From contig CAJINV010000001.1 of assembly GCA_905178155.1 (NCBI GenBank), forward strand, positions 2,222,089 to 2,286,088: a stretch of 64,000 nucleotides of DNA, in the 5' to 3' direction. The notes beneath the pieces are model-generated. The model saw only the letters and a list, made by a program, of their open reading frames with translations, searched no databases and was not told where the DNA came from. A program made the position numbers and the translations under genes. Below are positions 37,701 to 49,190 of the stretch, piece by piece. Each line of letters begins with the position of its first letter. Position 1 is the stretch's first letter. This DNA is from Amoebophrya sp. A120. Lineage: Eukaryota > Protista > Dinoflagellata.

Positions 37701-40054
37701 AAAGTGCCTTCAGCCGGCAGATGATCGAGCTGCTTCGCATGACAAATATCGGAAGGGCTGAACAACATCTAAATCTGCGCCAAACTTGTAATGCAAAAGG
37801 CGCAATCTTCCTCCTTTCAGTTTTGCCAGTCTTGCATGACAAATTCATGTAACAGTTGAGAATGTAACAGTTGAGAATGTAACAGTTGAGAACCCCATAC
37901 TGCAAGTACCAGAGCTGCGACGCGTCCCCCTCTGCCAGTTTCAGTGTGCCCGCATACTTATGAATTGCAAAAGTGTCTGGGTCTGGAAGGGTGTAAACTT
38001 GTCATGCAGGTTCTCCATGACCCATGAGGTCTGGCATGCGGGACCTAGCATGACAGAGTCTGTGAGGTCTCTGTCATGCTTATCCTGCATAAGAAACTCC
38101 CTCCCAAATTGGTCGAAAGTGGACAACGAACTTTTGGCAGTCATGCAACACAGATTTTTGCATGATTCGGCTTTAGCACGACAAGTTGCAATCTTCCAGA
38201 CCCAGACATTTTTGCAATCCATAATACTGGTACGCAAACGTCGCGTTTTCCCGTTCGACCGCGTCCATGTACCGACCAGAGCTCCATTGGTCGATCGTGT
38301 ACACGCTGCCCTGGACAATATGCAATGCAAAGGCATAAGCGAGCCCCTCTAGTATAAATTGCATCTTCACAAATTTTTCAAAGTAAGGCTGCGACAGCCA
38401 CAGCTATAATTGTCCAGCTCACCATTTCTAGCAGAAATCTCTTGTACCATAATGCTACGGGTAAGTACAACGAGCGCGATTTAATACTTTTGCCTTGGAT
38501 ACACAAGTGAAAACTCCCATTTCTGGGAGTCGGCGGTCAGGTCCAGGGGCTTCATACCCAGCTGCGTCAGCGAGACGGAATCCAGGGCCAAATCCGTGTT
38601 TTTCTGCTTCACCGAATAGACCATCCCACAAAAAAACTATTTCACTGTGTCTGTGACGATTTTGCAAGACCTGCATTACAAATTTGTTACACATGACGCA
38701 GAATATTTGCCATGCGCGCTTTTCAAGGGAAAACACGCTTGGAAATCCAATGTCTTGCAGGTGTAGCAAGACAGACACTTTGGTGCTTCATTTTCTGCAT
38801 CACAAGTTCACAGCGAAACAGTTTTTTCTTGCGATATACACACCGGACAGCGCAATCAGGTCCCGAACCTTTTCGAACACCCACAAACCGCTTGTTGGTC
38901 CGTTTTGTTCTTCGACATCAGTAGACGAACCAGACGCAGTGGAGGACGAAGCAACGGTCACCTCTGGACGAGAAAGTGGTGCTCCCCCTGGACGTCGTGT
39001 GAGCATCCCGTTACTGCCAGGTCCACCTGAAGATGTCGTGCTGTCGTCGTGCACTGGAACCTCTAGCTTCTGCGCACTGGACTCCTGGATCACCTCGTGG
39101 CTGAGAGGCTATGCAGTGCAAAAGTATGGTATCTATCGTACTCGTATAAATGCATTACAAATTCCCCCAGCATGAAAAATATAATTTGTAATGCAGATTT
39201 GCCTTGGAAACAAGATTTGTAATGCAAGACTTGCATTTGTACGAGTACGATACTTTTGCACAGGATAGAGGCTCTCCCTCGGCAATCTCCCGCAGCCGCA
39301 GTATGAAATGCAAAAATGTCTGGGTCTGGAAACTTGTAATGCTGCGTTGGAAATAGTGAATGCTCTGCAATGCATAGACAAGCATGAGAAATATCTGCGC
39401 TTCTTTGTGTTGCGTTTTTCGAATGACAAACTGCGTTTTTGCATGACAGGCAAAAGGGTCTCGTCTTGGACACGCATCACAAACTTTTTGGTCATGCCAG
39501 ACAAGCATGACAAAACTCGCAATCTTCCAGACCGAGACATTTTTGCATTTGATACGCAGAACCCATCGCTGATGGTTCCCGAGATCCGGTGGCTGGAGCG
39601 AAAAAACAACTTGCTGGTGCTCCGGCTGGGAGCTGCCACGAGGACCTTGATGTTCTGTTCCACCAGATCCTCCGGCCACAAACCGGCCGCTTTGCACCTG
39701 CTGCAGTGTGTAGGTGTCATCCTTTTCGGCGCGACGCACTATCCAGTCCTGCGACCAGCTGTTGCTCGCACCATTCGACGTTTGCAAGGCTTCACCGTCC
39801 GGAGAATCCAGGTAGCGCCCGGTGCTTTTTTCGAAAATCCGGTAAATCCCGTCGAGCTCGCCCGGCGAGGGGACCTTCTGGGCCTGCGCAACGTCGAAGA
39901 CGACGGAGAAGTGCTGGCTCAGAGACGCAACGAGAGCCAGACAGTGCAAGAATCCGTGCAGCAGAGGACCCGTCATAGTACACCTTTTGCGCAGCCTTGG
40001 TACCCCCGCCGCAGCCCGGTCGTCGCGGTTGTGAGATGAGATACTGGACGACAT
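31787..40054 (-). CDS. Very large secreted/surface protein with ricin-B (QxW) lectin-like repeats and CGxxxDGCG Cys-rich repeats; 8 introners
   Basis: Signal-like LLHGFLHCLALVASLS. Repeated Y.I.Q..SG.YLD...SQxW units and CG..xDGCG..xxCG repeats. Frame is restored across 39302, 39110, 38622, 38319, 37959, 37649, 34833, 33237 and GT-AG intron 34070-34276. A further 3' exon is possible (GTGAGT donor at 31790). Confidence 0.75.
33237..33337. mobile_element. Short introner family E (101 bp), TSD GAACC/GGACC
   Basis: TATGCACAGAAAAAGATCC...GGGTCCTTTTTTGTGGATA. Join LLVL/DETYK links ORFs 32919 and 31787. Confidence 0.8.
34833..35094. mobile_element. Introner family A (262 bp), TSD TCCAA
   Basis: Family A TIRs (left end TTT). 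Join YEL/EYW. Confidence 0.9.
37649..37899. mobile_element. Introner family D (251 bp), TSD CTGCA
   Basis: TATGGCGTTCTCAAACGTTACATTCTCAACTGTTACA TIR built from 15-bp TGTAACAGTTGAGAA subrepeats. Join WYLQ/PLK. Confidence 0.92.
37959..38223. mobile_element. Introner family A (265 bp), TSD ATACT
   Basis: Family A TIRs. Join AYQY/AGT. Confidence 0.92.
38319..38501. mobile_element. Degenerate introner family B (183 bp), TSD GACAA/CACAA
   Basis: TATGCAATGCAAAGGCAT...ATACTTTTGCCTTGGATA. Join SQKWEFSLV/QGSVY. Confidence 0.8.
38622..38836. mobile_element. Introner family F (215 bp), TSD TAGAC/TACAC
   Basis: CATCCCACAAAAAAACTATTTCACTGTG...CACAGCGAAACAGTTTTTTCTTGCGATA. Join LSGVY/SVKQ. Confidence 0.82.
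39110..39267. mobile_element. Introner family B (158 bp), TSD GAGGC
   Basis: Family B TIRs. Join GEPL/SHEV. Confidence 0.9.
39302..39554. mobile_element. Introner family A (253 bp), TSD CGCAG
   Basis: Family A TIRs. 3n and stop-free in the host frame. Join WVLR/LREI. Confidence 0.92.
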
Positions 40055-41300
40055 GATTTGTTCCCCGCCACGCTGTCCGCGGTGCGGACAGCGGTTCGAG
40101 ATGATGCAAAGACTCCTCACATCTTATGTACAGGGAGCATTGGCATTGTTGCTTGATACAATCAATCGCTCTCCCCAGCGGCCTCGGTAGGAGCGATTTT
40201 TTGGTACGACGTAGAAATAAACTTACTTTCTGCAAAGGAAGCAGATGAGAAGGAGGTTTGTCGCTTCTCCTCAGGTGGACAGTGTGCAGAAGCGCAGCTG
40301 CGCGTCGTTCGTATCGAGCATCTGCCTGCAGAAGATGAGATCCTCTCACTTCCATTTGCATTTTCCTCGTCCTCCAAAGAAAAAACATCAAGATCAACAC
40401 CATCACCAGAAACGCTCGCGCATAATAGGTACAGCAACCTCCACACTCGACGGATTACTGACTCAGTGGACAGAATAGCGCAACACCGGAGGAACTCCTC
40501 GACGCCTCAATACAGAAATTGCCATCATGTCGCCTCGCAGCTTGAGCGGCTTCTTAATCAGCTTACACTTTTTTAGCATCGTCCGGTTTCAAAATAGAAG
40601 CATACAGCCAGTTTAAGTATGGATTTGTCCATATCTGTTTTATTTATTGCGTTAAAATTGTATGCTCCCGCATTGCGCTTTCTTCCCGTTGCAGCAGGTT
40701 TCATAACCATCGTTACGGAGGCTTTTTCGTGCAGCTTTGATGCTTGACCAAAGCCTGCTTTCTGCTTCTGCACAAAGTGGAAGACAGGATCACTCCCATC
40801 CTGTTCAACGGTTCTGACTTTTCATCGGATGAAATTTTATCATATATTACACGACATGTGGTGAACGCACATTTTAGTTTTGTTTCTATCCTATTTTTTC
40901 ATATCCAAAATCGCTCGCTAGAGCACGGCAGAAGCCGTGCTGCTTTGCTAATCTAGGTAGTTTTCGTTTTTTCTCATTTTTGATATGCTTGCAGCATTCG
41001 TTGCATAATATGCACCGGATTCAAAATTTGCTAGTAATTGCAAGGAAAAGTCTATAAGAAGCAATAGTAAATCATCAATCATTCACAAAACTCGTCGTAA
41101 GAAAGCCCAAGTTCCATTTTCTGGTATTACGTCTAGACGCATTTTCAACTTCGTGGTGGAAGATTGATCTTTTATCAGCAGGTGGAACATTGATTTTCTA
41201 TCTTCAGCTTTCATCGTGTGTGCTCTTCCCACGACTATCTACTGACTCCTTTGGCCGTGGCAACACGACCACGACAACACCATGAATAGCACACGACCAC

Positions 41301-42373
41301 TCAACTACTTCCCCCAGGAGCTCCTGCGGGTCGCAACTGGGCCCGGCCTGTGATCCGCTGACGGCAAATGGGGCATTCTCCACGAGGCATCCCCCGCACC
41401 GCGCACCCCGCACACGCGCACATGTGCCCGCACGGGAAAAAAACCTGATTGGCCTTCTCGTCGTAGCAGATTGCGCACACCTCTTCTTGGGTGGTCCCCG
41501 CGGAGGTTGTTGTAGCGCTAGAAGTGGTGGCGCCACCTCGTCCGGACGAGGAAGTGCCGACTACATCCGAACCAGAGCCGGGAGCTTCCGCCCCGATCCG
41601 TACGGTATCCGTCGAAGACGCACGCGTCGAGGCCGCCGAAAGGGAGGGGAGGAAGGGCGCCGGGCTCTCATCTCTGCGCCCGATCCGTTCTGTGCTGGCT
41701 TGAGCAGCAGCGCGCGCCAGCAAGCCACGAAAAGGTTGAATATCAGTGGGGACGCCAAATAGTGGAATTGTTGTACCTGTCGTGTGGTAGAAGTGTAAAG
41801 TAAATTTGATACTGCGCATGCGCAATAAATTTTCAGCATCAACACTCTTATCTGCAGACTGCAGTTGCGCGCGCGTCCGTGAAGATGCTCTCCTGGTCCT
41901 CCACCTCGAATCATCAAATTCAAATACGAATAGTAAGTTGTGCTATCCGAAAAATCCGCACGATGAGAAATAATCATACAAGAACATGTGCAGCATAATA
42001 TTAATATCTCGAGTAGTAAGTCCTGCACCAGTCCTCGCTATCCAAAAATTTTTTCCGTACCTTCCGATGCATCAGCGTGACGCGCCGAAAGTGGTGGAGA
42101 GCGGGACCGACCACGTGGCGGCGGTACAATAATCTGTGGCTCGTCGACCAGGGGTGCAGCGGCGACTCCCCGCGTCCTTCCCACAGAAGGCAGAACGGAA
42201 ACACCCTTGATGAAGATGAAAAGCAAAAGTGATGCTGATATTACCCCTCCTGGTGGTACAACCCCGCTAAAAATAGAAAACAAAAAGGAAAGATATTGAT
42301 AATGCTTTGACTCCACACCGTAGCCGTTGATTCTAGATTTACATAATTTCATCCGTATGACCTGCAGGAGCAT
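41301..42373 (-). CDS. C3HC4 RING (IAP/MGRN-type) E3 ligase-like protein
   Basis: CAICYDEKANQVFFPCGHMCACAGC...CPICRQRI. In-frame GT-AG introns at 41777-42060 and ~42206-42361. Start uncertain. Confidence 0.7.
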
Positions 42374-42538
42374 CACCTAACTCCATTCCGCTCGCGTTTC
42401 AAAAATGCAGCTGCAGGTGCAACCGCGGTCGTGTTTGTTACCAAAACGCCACCATCAAAACAATTAGCACTTATGCACATGATGAACATGGTGCTTTTCT
42501 CTCCGTACCCGCCATAGAGGGTGGACGAGGTATTGCGA

Positions 42539-44809
42539 TCACTTTTGCGGTGTATTCATATCCCTACGAGCCGTCATTCTCGCAGCTCCCCGTGCCTCCG
42601 CCTCATTATCCCCAGCTCCCAAATTTTGGTGATAATGCTCACGAAAGATGCGCTTTAGCTGCTCAACGTCCCACCGGGTAAGGTGAGGGCTCTGCTGTAG
42701 ATCCGCCCGGGCCGAGTCGCGTGCACTGCTAGTGCTCATGTTGCAGTAGTTCGAACTCTCGTAAAAGTCGCGCAGAGCAGCGAAGACCGCTTTGCGCTCC
42801 TCGACCGCGCTCGCAGTCAGCTCGGAGTTTCTCTGCATTTCAGCCCGCGTCGCTGCCCGCGCATCAGTGGTGCTCATGTTGCAATACATATAATTCTCGT
42901 AGAATTCGTAAAGCGGCCTGAACACCAGTTTCCGCCGTTCGACGTCACTACGACTTAGGTCGGGGCTGCTCTCGATTTCAGCCCGCGCCGCTGCCCGCGC
43001 ATCAGTGGTGCCCATGTTGCAATACATATAATTCTCGTAAAATTCGTAAAGCGGTCTAAACACCTGCTTGCGCCGTTCGACGTCACTAGGACTTAGGTCG
43101 GGGTTTCTCTGGATTTCAGCCCGCGCCGCTGCCCGCGCATCAGTGGTGCCCATGTTGCAATACATAGAATTCTCATAGAATTCGTAAAGCGGTCTAAACA
43201 CCAGTTTCCGCCGTTCGACGTCACTACGACTTAGGTCGGGGCTGCTCTCGATTTCAGCCCGCGCCGCTGCCCGCGCATCAGTGGTGCCCATGTTGCAATA
43301 CATATAATTCTCGTAAAATTCGTAAAGCGGTCTAAACACCTGCTTGCGCCGTTCGACGTCACTAGGACTTAGGTCGGGGTTTCTCTGGATTTCAGCCCGC
43401 GCCGCTGCCCGCGCATCAGTGGTGCCCATGTTGCAATACATAGAATTGTCATAGAATTCGTAAAGCGGTCTAAACACCTGTTTGCGCCGTTCGACGTCAG
43501 TAGGACTTAGGTTGGGGTTGCTCTCGATTTCAGCCCGCGCCGCTGCCCGCGCATCAGTGGTGCCCATGTTGCAATACATAGAATTCTCGTAGAATTCGTA
43601 AAGCGGTCTAAACACCTGTTTGCGCCGTTCGACGTCACTAGGACTTAGGTCGGGGTTGCTCTGGATTTCAGCCCGCGCCGCTGTCCGCGCATCAGTGGTG
43701 CCCATGTTGCAATACATAGAATTCTCGTAGAATTCGTAAAGCGGTCTAAAAACCTGCTTGCGCCGTTCGACGTCACTAGGACTTAGGTCGGGGTTGCTCT
43801 GGATTTCAGCCCGCGCCGCCGCCCGCGCATCGGTGGTGCCCATGTTGCAATACATAGAATTCTCGTAGAATTCGTAAAGCGGTCTAAACACCTGTTTACG
43901 CCGCTGGACGTCACTAGGACTTAGGTCGGGGCTACTCCGGATTTCATCCCGCGCCGCTACCCGCGCATCAGGTGTGCCCATGTTGCAGTACATAGAATTT
44001 CCGTAAAATTCGTGAAGCAGTGCGAACACCTGTTTCCACCGCTGGACGTCACTAGGACTTAGGTCGGGGTTTCTCTCGATTTCAAGCTGCGTCGCGGCCC
44101 GCGCACTAGTGGTGCACATGTTGCAGTACATAGAATTCGCGTAAAATTCGAACAGCGGCCGGAAAACCTCTTTGCGCCGTTCGACGTCATGTGCAGTTAG
44201 ACGGGGGTTCCGTTCAATTTCAAGCCGCGCCACGTTGCGCGCGTGACTGGACAGCAAGTTGCAATACGAAGAATTCTCGTAAAACGTGAGCAGTGGCTGG
44301 AAAACTGACTTACGCCGCTCAACGTCATTCACAGTCAAATCCGGGTTGCGCTGGATTTCGAGCTGCGCTGCCTCGCGCGCGTCCGACCCTATCAAATGTA
44401 AAAATGTCTGGGTCTGGAAGAATGCGCGATTTGTCATGCAGCTTTTCCATGACTCATGAGGTCTGGAATGCAGGAACTAGCATGACAGATTCTGTGCGAC
44501 CTTTCTCATGCGTATCCTGCATGAGAAACTGCCTCCCGACTTGGTCAAAACTGCACGACTTTTGGTAATCATGCAACACAGATTTTTGCATGCTGCAGAT
44601 TTAGCATGACAAGTTCCAATCTTCCAGACCCAGACATTTTTACATTTGATAGCCCCACTCATGTTGCAATACACCGGATTCTCGTAAAAAACGTACAGAG
44701 CCCTGAAAGCCTCTTGCTGGTGATAGGCGGAGCTCGCCCAGACGACCCTCTCGGTGCCGAGGGCCAGCGAAGCCACCCCGCGCAGCCAATAGGTTGCCGA
44801 CAAGCCCAT
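42539..44809 (-). CDS. Tandem-repeat protein with 13 x 46-aa helical repeats
   Basis: Unit FRPLYEFYENSMYCNMGTTDARAAARAEIQSNPDLSPSDVERRKQV (138-bp period). The first exon MGLSATY...YCNMSG joins in frame across introner 44390-44651. Confidence 0.85.
44390..44651. mobile_element. Introner family A (262 bp), TSD GACCC/GCCCC
   Basis: Family A TIRs. In-frame join NMSG[S/A]DAR continues the repeat register. Confidence 0.92.
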
Positions 44810-45699
44810 GATCGTTCCTTCTACCGAAGATCTTTGTGCTGCAACTTCGCGACAAATAAGATGCAATACCTCTATTAGACTTTTTTTTCGTATCCTTATT
44901 CTAGATCTAGATTCATTTGTGCTTGTGGCTACAAAATTAATAAAAAGCACAAATATCTTAAAAAAATCGTGAAATTGAGAATAAAACGACTCAAGCTCAA
45001 GCTCCTACTTTACGTCCATCCTCGTGGTAAAAGTGCAAAGGTTGAACTCCAGATCCAGTGCTTATTGAGATAGCAAGCAGGTGGTTCTCAGAATAAAGAT
45101 AAACGAAGTGAAAAATAATATTGAGATAGCAATCGGATGGTTCTCAGAATGAGATGAAGACGAAGAAGTCCTGTGAAACGACCAATCGGAGGAGCGTTCG
45201 TTGTTGATCTGACTCTTTGTCTTGATCGTTACCAGACCGCAAAGCTTGTCAGCACCCGGAGGCGGAAAGCGCATGCGCTTGATTGATAAGATCCAGTTCT
45301 AAATCTTCCCTCTGTCTTATTACGTGCTCCTTTCGACAACTAAATTATCTTCTGGATCATCTGTTATCCTGAGCCTGACGATCGGTGAGCACTGCTGAAG
45401 ATCATGGTCTCCGCCAGAACAAAGTTAACCACAATCAGGTACCATGACGTAGAAATATCTCTGCCACAAGCGAAATTTTTTTGTCAGAGCAACGATGGCA
45501 GAACTAAGTACTTATTTAAAGTGCTGCCACTCCAACTATAATCGATGTTCGCAGTTCGCTTTGTCAAGAATATCATAATCTCCCACGAACGGAGTGCCGC
45601 TTTTGCAGCGGTGTCTCCTTCTTGTGCATTGAAATACTCCATCACTACCGTGAAAAAAACGAAAAGTGGTGTTCTTTGCGAACATTTAGTAAAAAGAAC

Positions 45700-48657
45700 T
45701 CAGTCATGAAAACAAGAAAGAAACTCCGACGTTTGATTCATAGGTACTTTTGCTCGTACCCATCTCCACAGAAGCACGAGAGCCCCGAACTCCTGCAATA
45801 CGCCGAATAGTGCTGACAATGCGGCGGACGTTGATGCTGAGGAGCCATTCTCGAATTCCACAGCCGTGCGCCCTTCTTCTTGCAGCTCTAGAGTAGTACT
45901 TTCGTCTTGGAGCACCATTGTGAAACTGACCACCTCCAGAAAAACGCGAGCGAAAAACGCCGTGAATAACACCCGAGCGGTGAAAAGAACGTGTGCATCC
46001 GCCGACAGCAGGCCACCACGCGCGAAGAGCAACTCGCACACCCAGGAAGGAGACCTCTGTGTGGTAGTTGTAGGTTCCAACGCAACAAGGGAACCCTTCA
46101 GCTTCTGATGGTGTGGTCCACCTTGTAAAGATGATGCAATTCCTAATGTGTAGTTTTGCGATTGATCCTCTTCTTGCGAAGAATTTTTGGAAGGAAGCAG
46201 AAAACGCCAGCAGGACGCCGAGTTCTTGGCCAGCACATCCTGCCCATCCTGGAGTAAAGCAAGTTCTTGCTGAAGGTGGGACAAGCAGTGGTTTCGTTGG
46301 CTGTTCTCCTGGTAACCTTCTTCACACGACAAGGTCTCTTCATCACTTTGTACTTGTAGTTGCCGATGGCGATGCCGACTGCTAAATAAACTAGTATCTT
46401 CGCCTGTTCGAAGCTGCTTTACTGCTCCCGAGTGCAACATGGTAGCGGGCCGGCGGGCGCGAGATGAAAGAGAGGCACTATTCGTCGGCAACAGGGCCTC
46501 CCGCGCCCGAACCCAGGGCGCCAAGAAATCGGTCTCGAAACGGCGAAAGCAGGCGTCCACGCTAGCGAACAGAAACAGGAGCACCGGGTCCAAGCGCACA
46601 AAAATCTGCCAACCGCAGGCACACACCGTCCAGCGCAGAAGGGAGAGGTCGGGGAGTTCTGGCGTATCTTTGTCCAAAAGAACGCCGCCTGGTGCAGCTC
46701 TTTGCTCCGCCGGGCCGCCGAAATTCTTGGTCGGATTGTTGTTCTTCTTGCGGCAGAAAGAAAACGGAAAAATTATAAACCGCGACACTGCAGTGATTAC
46801 TCGTTCTTGAAGCAAACACCTTTCATCACAAGATGAAGCAGCAGCACCCTTCAAATCTGCTGACGCGAAACTTCGAAGAGGATTTTTGGAAGCAACTGCG
46901 CTGTCCTCTGGTGACGCTGCGAATGGTGCGGAGGTGGCGCCAGCACAACTGCTTCCGTTGTTCCGTGAAGCTGATAGTTGTACTCTGTGATGCGGTTCTA
47001 CTACTTCCGGCCCCACCTTGACGAGCATCATCTTCTCTTTGTTTCTATTTCCAGCGCATCTCTTGCTGCCAGTTTGGTTTTCGCTAGCATCGTCCGCGGC
47101 CATGATAATCTTCGAGGCCTGTTGGAACTCCAAAAAGGCGCGCTCGTCTTCGTAAGCGGAGATTTCGTCCGCACTACTGGAAGTTGAACCAACTGAATCT
47201 GGGCTGCTTGTTGTAAAAACGCTGGCGCAGGAGCTGCCGTTCAGATGTTTCTTGACCTCCGGCGAAAGGGCTTCTTCAGCATGCTCGCCGCCCCTGGAGG
47301 GGCTGCCCTCCACTTCTTGCGCGAAAGAATTTTTGATGTAGCTTGAGCCGCTTATTGTCTTGCTCGTAGTTCCTGTGCAGCTCTTGCTCCCCCGTCGGCG
47401 CATGTTCAGGCCAGTTGTGCCTGCGGGGACGACCGCAGAGGAACAAGAAGTCGATTCTGATGAATCCATACCCTGTTTCTGTGTTGCAGAAGAAGAAACT
47501 AGTGCACCACCTGCCGGCGAACTTTCTCCAGTAGTTTTTCTTGACGACGAACCTTGTGTTGGTTCGAAAAACTGCTGGTCATTGTCCCGTTGCACCAGCT
47601 CTTCCCGTTTGATCAGATTCTTTTCGAACAACTTCCGATACCACACGGCCGTCGCCCTGCTGCCTTCAAATGTGGACAGCAGCACCGCACCGGCAGAGAG
47701 AGCAAGTAGCGTGGACAATTGGTGCATTCTGCAGGTAATAGTATCCGCAAAATAAATGGGAGAAGCAGTAGAAGTAGTTCTTGCGGTGGCTCCAGCATCA
47801 ACATCTTCTGCGGCGTTGAGTTTCAGCAGCAGACGGAGCATTATCCCTGCGGCACAAAAGCCTCGGAGAACCCACTTCTGTCGCACCGCGGGGTAAGAAA
47901 TGGATAGGCCTGATGTAGTCGGTGAAGTAGATTCCATCAGCGCAATGACGAAGAAGATCCCGAGTTGCAGCGCAACGACGAAAAGCGCCGGCGAACGATA
48001 AAGGGCGACACCGTAGCTGCTGATCATGTTGTTCCCCACATCAGAACTCGTTGTACTATCGCTGGAGCGCCCGCTCGCAGCTTCATCTCTAGCCACGACT
48101 GAAGATGTAGATGTAGTCGCACACAAGTACTTCTTACTGATAAAAACCACCACCTCAGCCACGCCGCCCGAAAACACGCCAATACAGCAGAGTCCGCGTC
48201 GGCTGCAGCGCAGAAAAAAACCCTGTGTGGTTTCCAACACTTTCTCCGCGAGTTGCGAAGAAAACCAAGAACCCTCGACGTTCCGCACCCAGAGCGAGCG
48301 GGAAAAAGAGCTGCGTGAGTTGTGGTTGCGCAGACAGCGCAGGTACTCGGCGACGGCGGTGGAATACCAGAGCCATGAGAACACGGGCCAGAGGAGGAGA
48401 ATCAATGTCGCCGCGAGGACCTCCTCGTCGTCCCAATTTGGAAGATGCAGGAGCATGACCCCATCTCCGCCAGTGCGCTGTTTTAGCTGCGCGAAGAGAA
48501 GCCACACTCCGGCCAACACGAAGGGAGTCGTTAGCGACGATAAGAACTGCATCAGCGGCGCTACCAGAAAGACCTGCATCGGCATCTGCAGCACATTGTC
48601 ACAAGCGTCGAAGCTCGCGGCGAGAAAGGCCTTCGAAAACAGAAAACCAAAGGCCAC
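45700..48657 (-). CDS. Hypothetical multi-pass membrane protein (upstream exon probably 48788-49024)
   Basis: 985-codon ORF with several hydrophobic segments separated by Ser-rich insertions. No family recognised. Confidence 0.6.
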   Translation of the reverse strand: MAFGFLFSKAFLAASFDACDNVLQMPMQVFLVAPLMQFLSSLTTPFVLAGVWLLFAQLKQRTGGDGVMLLHLPNWDDEEVLAATLILLLWPVFSWLWYSTAVAEYLRCLRNHNSRSSFSRSLWVRNVEGSWFSSQLAEKVLETTQGFFLRCSRRGLCCIGVFSGGVAEVVVFISKKYLCATTSTSSVVARDEAASGRSSDSTTSSDVGNNMISSYGVALYRSPALFVVALQLGIFFVIALMESTSPTTSGLSISYPAVRQKWVLRGFCAAGIMLRLLLKLNAAEDVDAGATARTTSTASPIYFADTITCRMHQLSTLLALSAGAVLLSTFEGSRATAVWYRKLFEKNLIKREELVQRDNDQQFFEPTQGSSSRKTTGESSPAGGALVSSSATQKQGMDSSESTSCSSAVVPAGTTGLNMRRRGSKSCTGTTSKTISGSSYIKNSFAQEVEGSPSRGGEHAEEALSPEVKKHLNGSSCASVFTTSSPDSVGSTSSSADEISAYEDERAFLEFQQASKIIMAADDASENQTGSKRCAGNRNKEKMMLVKVGPEVVEPHHRVQLSASRNNGSSCAGATSAPFAASPEDSAVASKNPLRSFASADLKGAAASSCDERCLLQERVITAVSRFIIFPFSFCRKKNNNPTKNFGGPAEQRAAPGGVLLDKDTPELPDLSLLRWTVCACGWQIFVRLDPVLLFLFASVDACFRRFETDFLAPWVRAREALLPTNSASLSSRARRPATMLHSGAVKQLRTGEDTSLFSSRHRHRQLQVQSDEETLSCEEGYQENSQRNHCLSHLQQELALLQDGQDVLAKNSASCWRFLLPSKNSSQEEDQSQNYTLGIASSLQGGPHHQKLKGSLVALEPTTTTQRSPSWVCELLFARGGLLSADAHVLFTARVLFTAFFARVFLEVVSFTMVLQDESTTLELQEEGRTAVEFENGSSASTSAALSALFGVLQEFGALVLLWRWVRAKVPMNQTSEFLSCFHD

Positions 48658-49190
48658 CAGAAAGTAACCTTTTGATGTAGGAAAAATTCTTGCTGTCTAC
48701 GGCAACTACGCAAGGTCGCGGTGAGAAAACAAGTACAACTCGTTATCAAGTATCGACAAATCAGTGGGGTTTCGAAACTTTTTCATTTCATTCATGTTCA
48801 ACTTTTGGCGAAAAAACGCAATGAAGCCATCCAACGAACAGGAGGCTCATCTTCATAAGAACATAGTGGCACATTATACCTGGACCGTCGCAAGATAGTT
48901 GGTTCACGAGGCCGTAACGCCAGCAAAAAAATAGCGCCAACACACCCTCCAACGCATACTGGCCAACCTCGTACTTGAAGCGGCGGGAAGCCAGCGCCGG
49001 AATATTGGTGTCTCGCGAAACCAAAAAACCCTGGATGAAGTGTTTTATTGTTCTGGAAAAATTTTTGGTGATGGTGGTTTGGTATCCAATTTATTTATAT
49101 CTGAAAGTATGTAAGTTTTTTCCTCTACCGTATCTATTTATCACCACGAAAAAACCAGTGCGCCCTTCATTCATCCGTTCATTTTTAATT

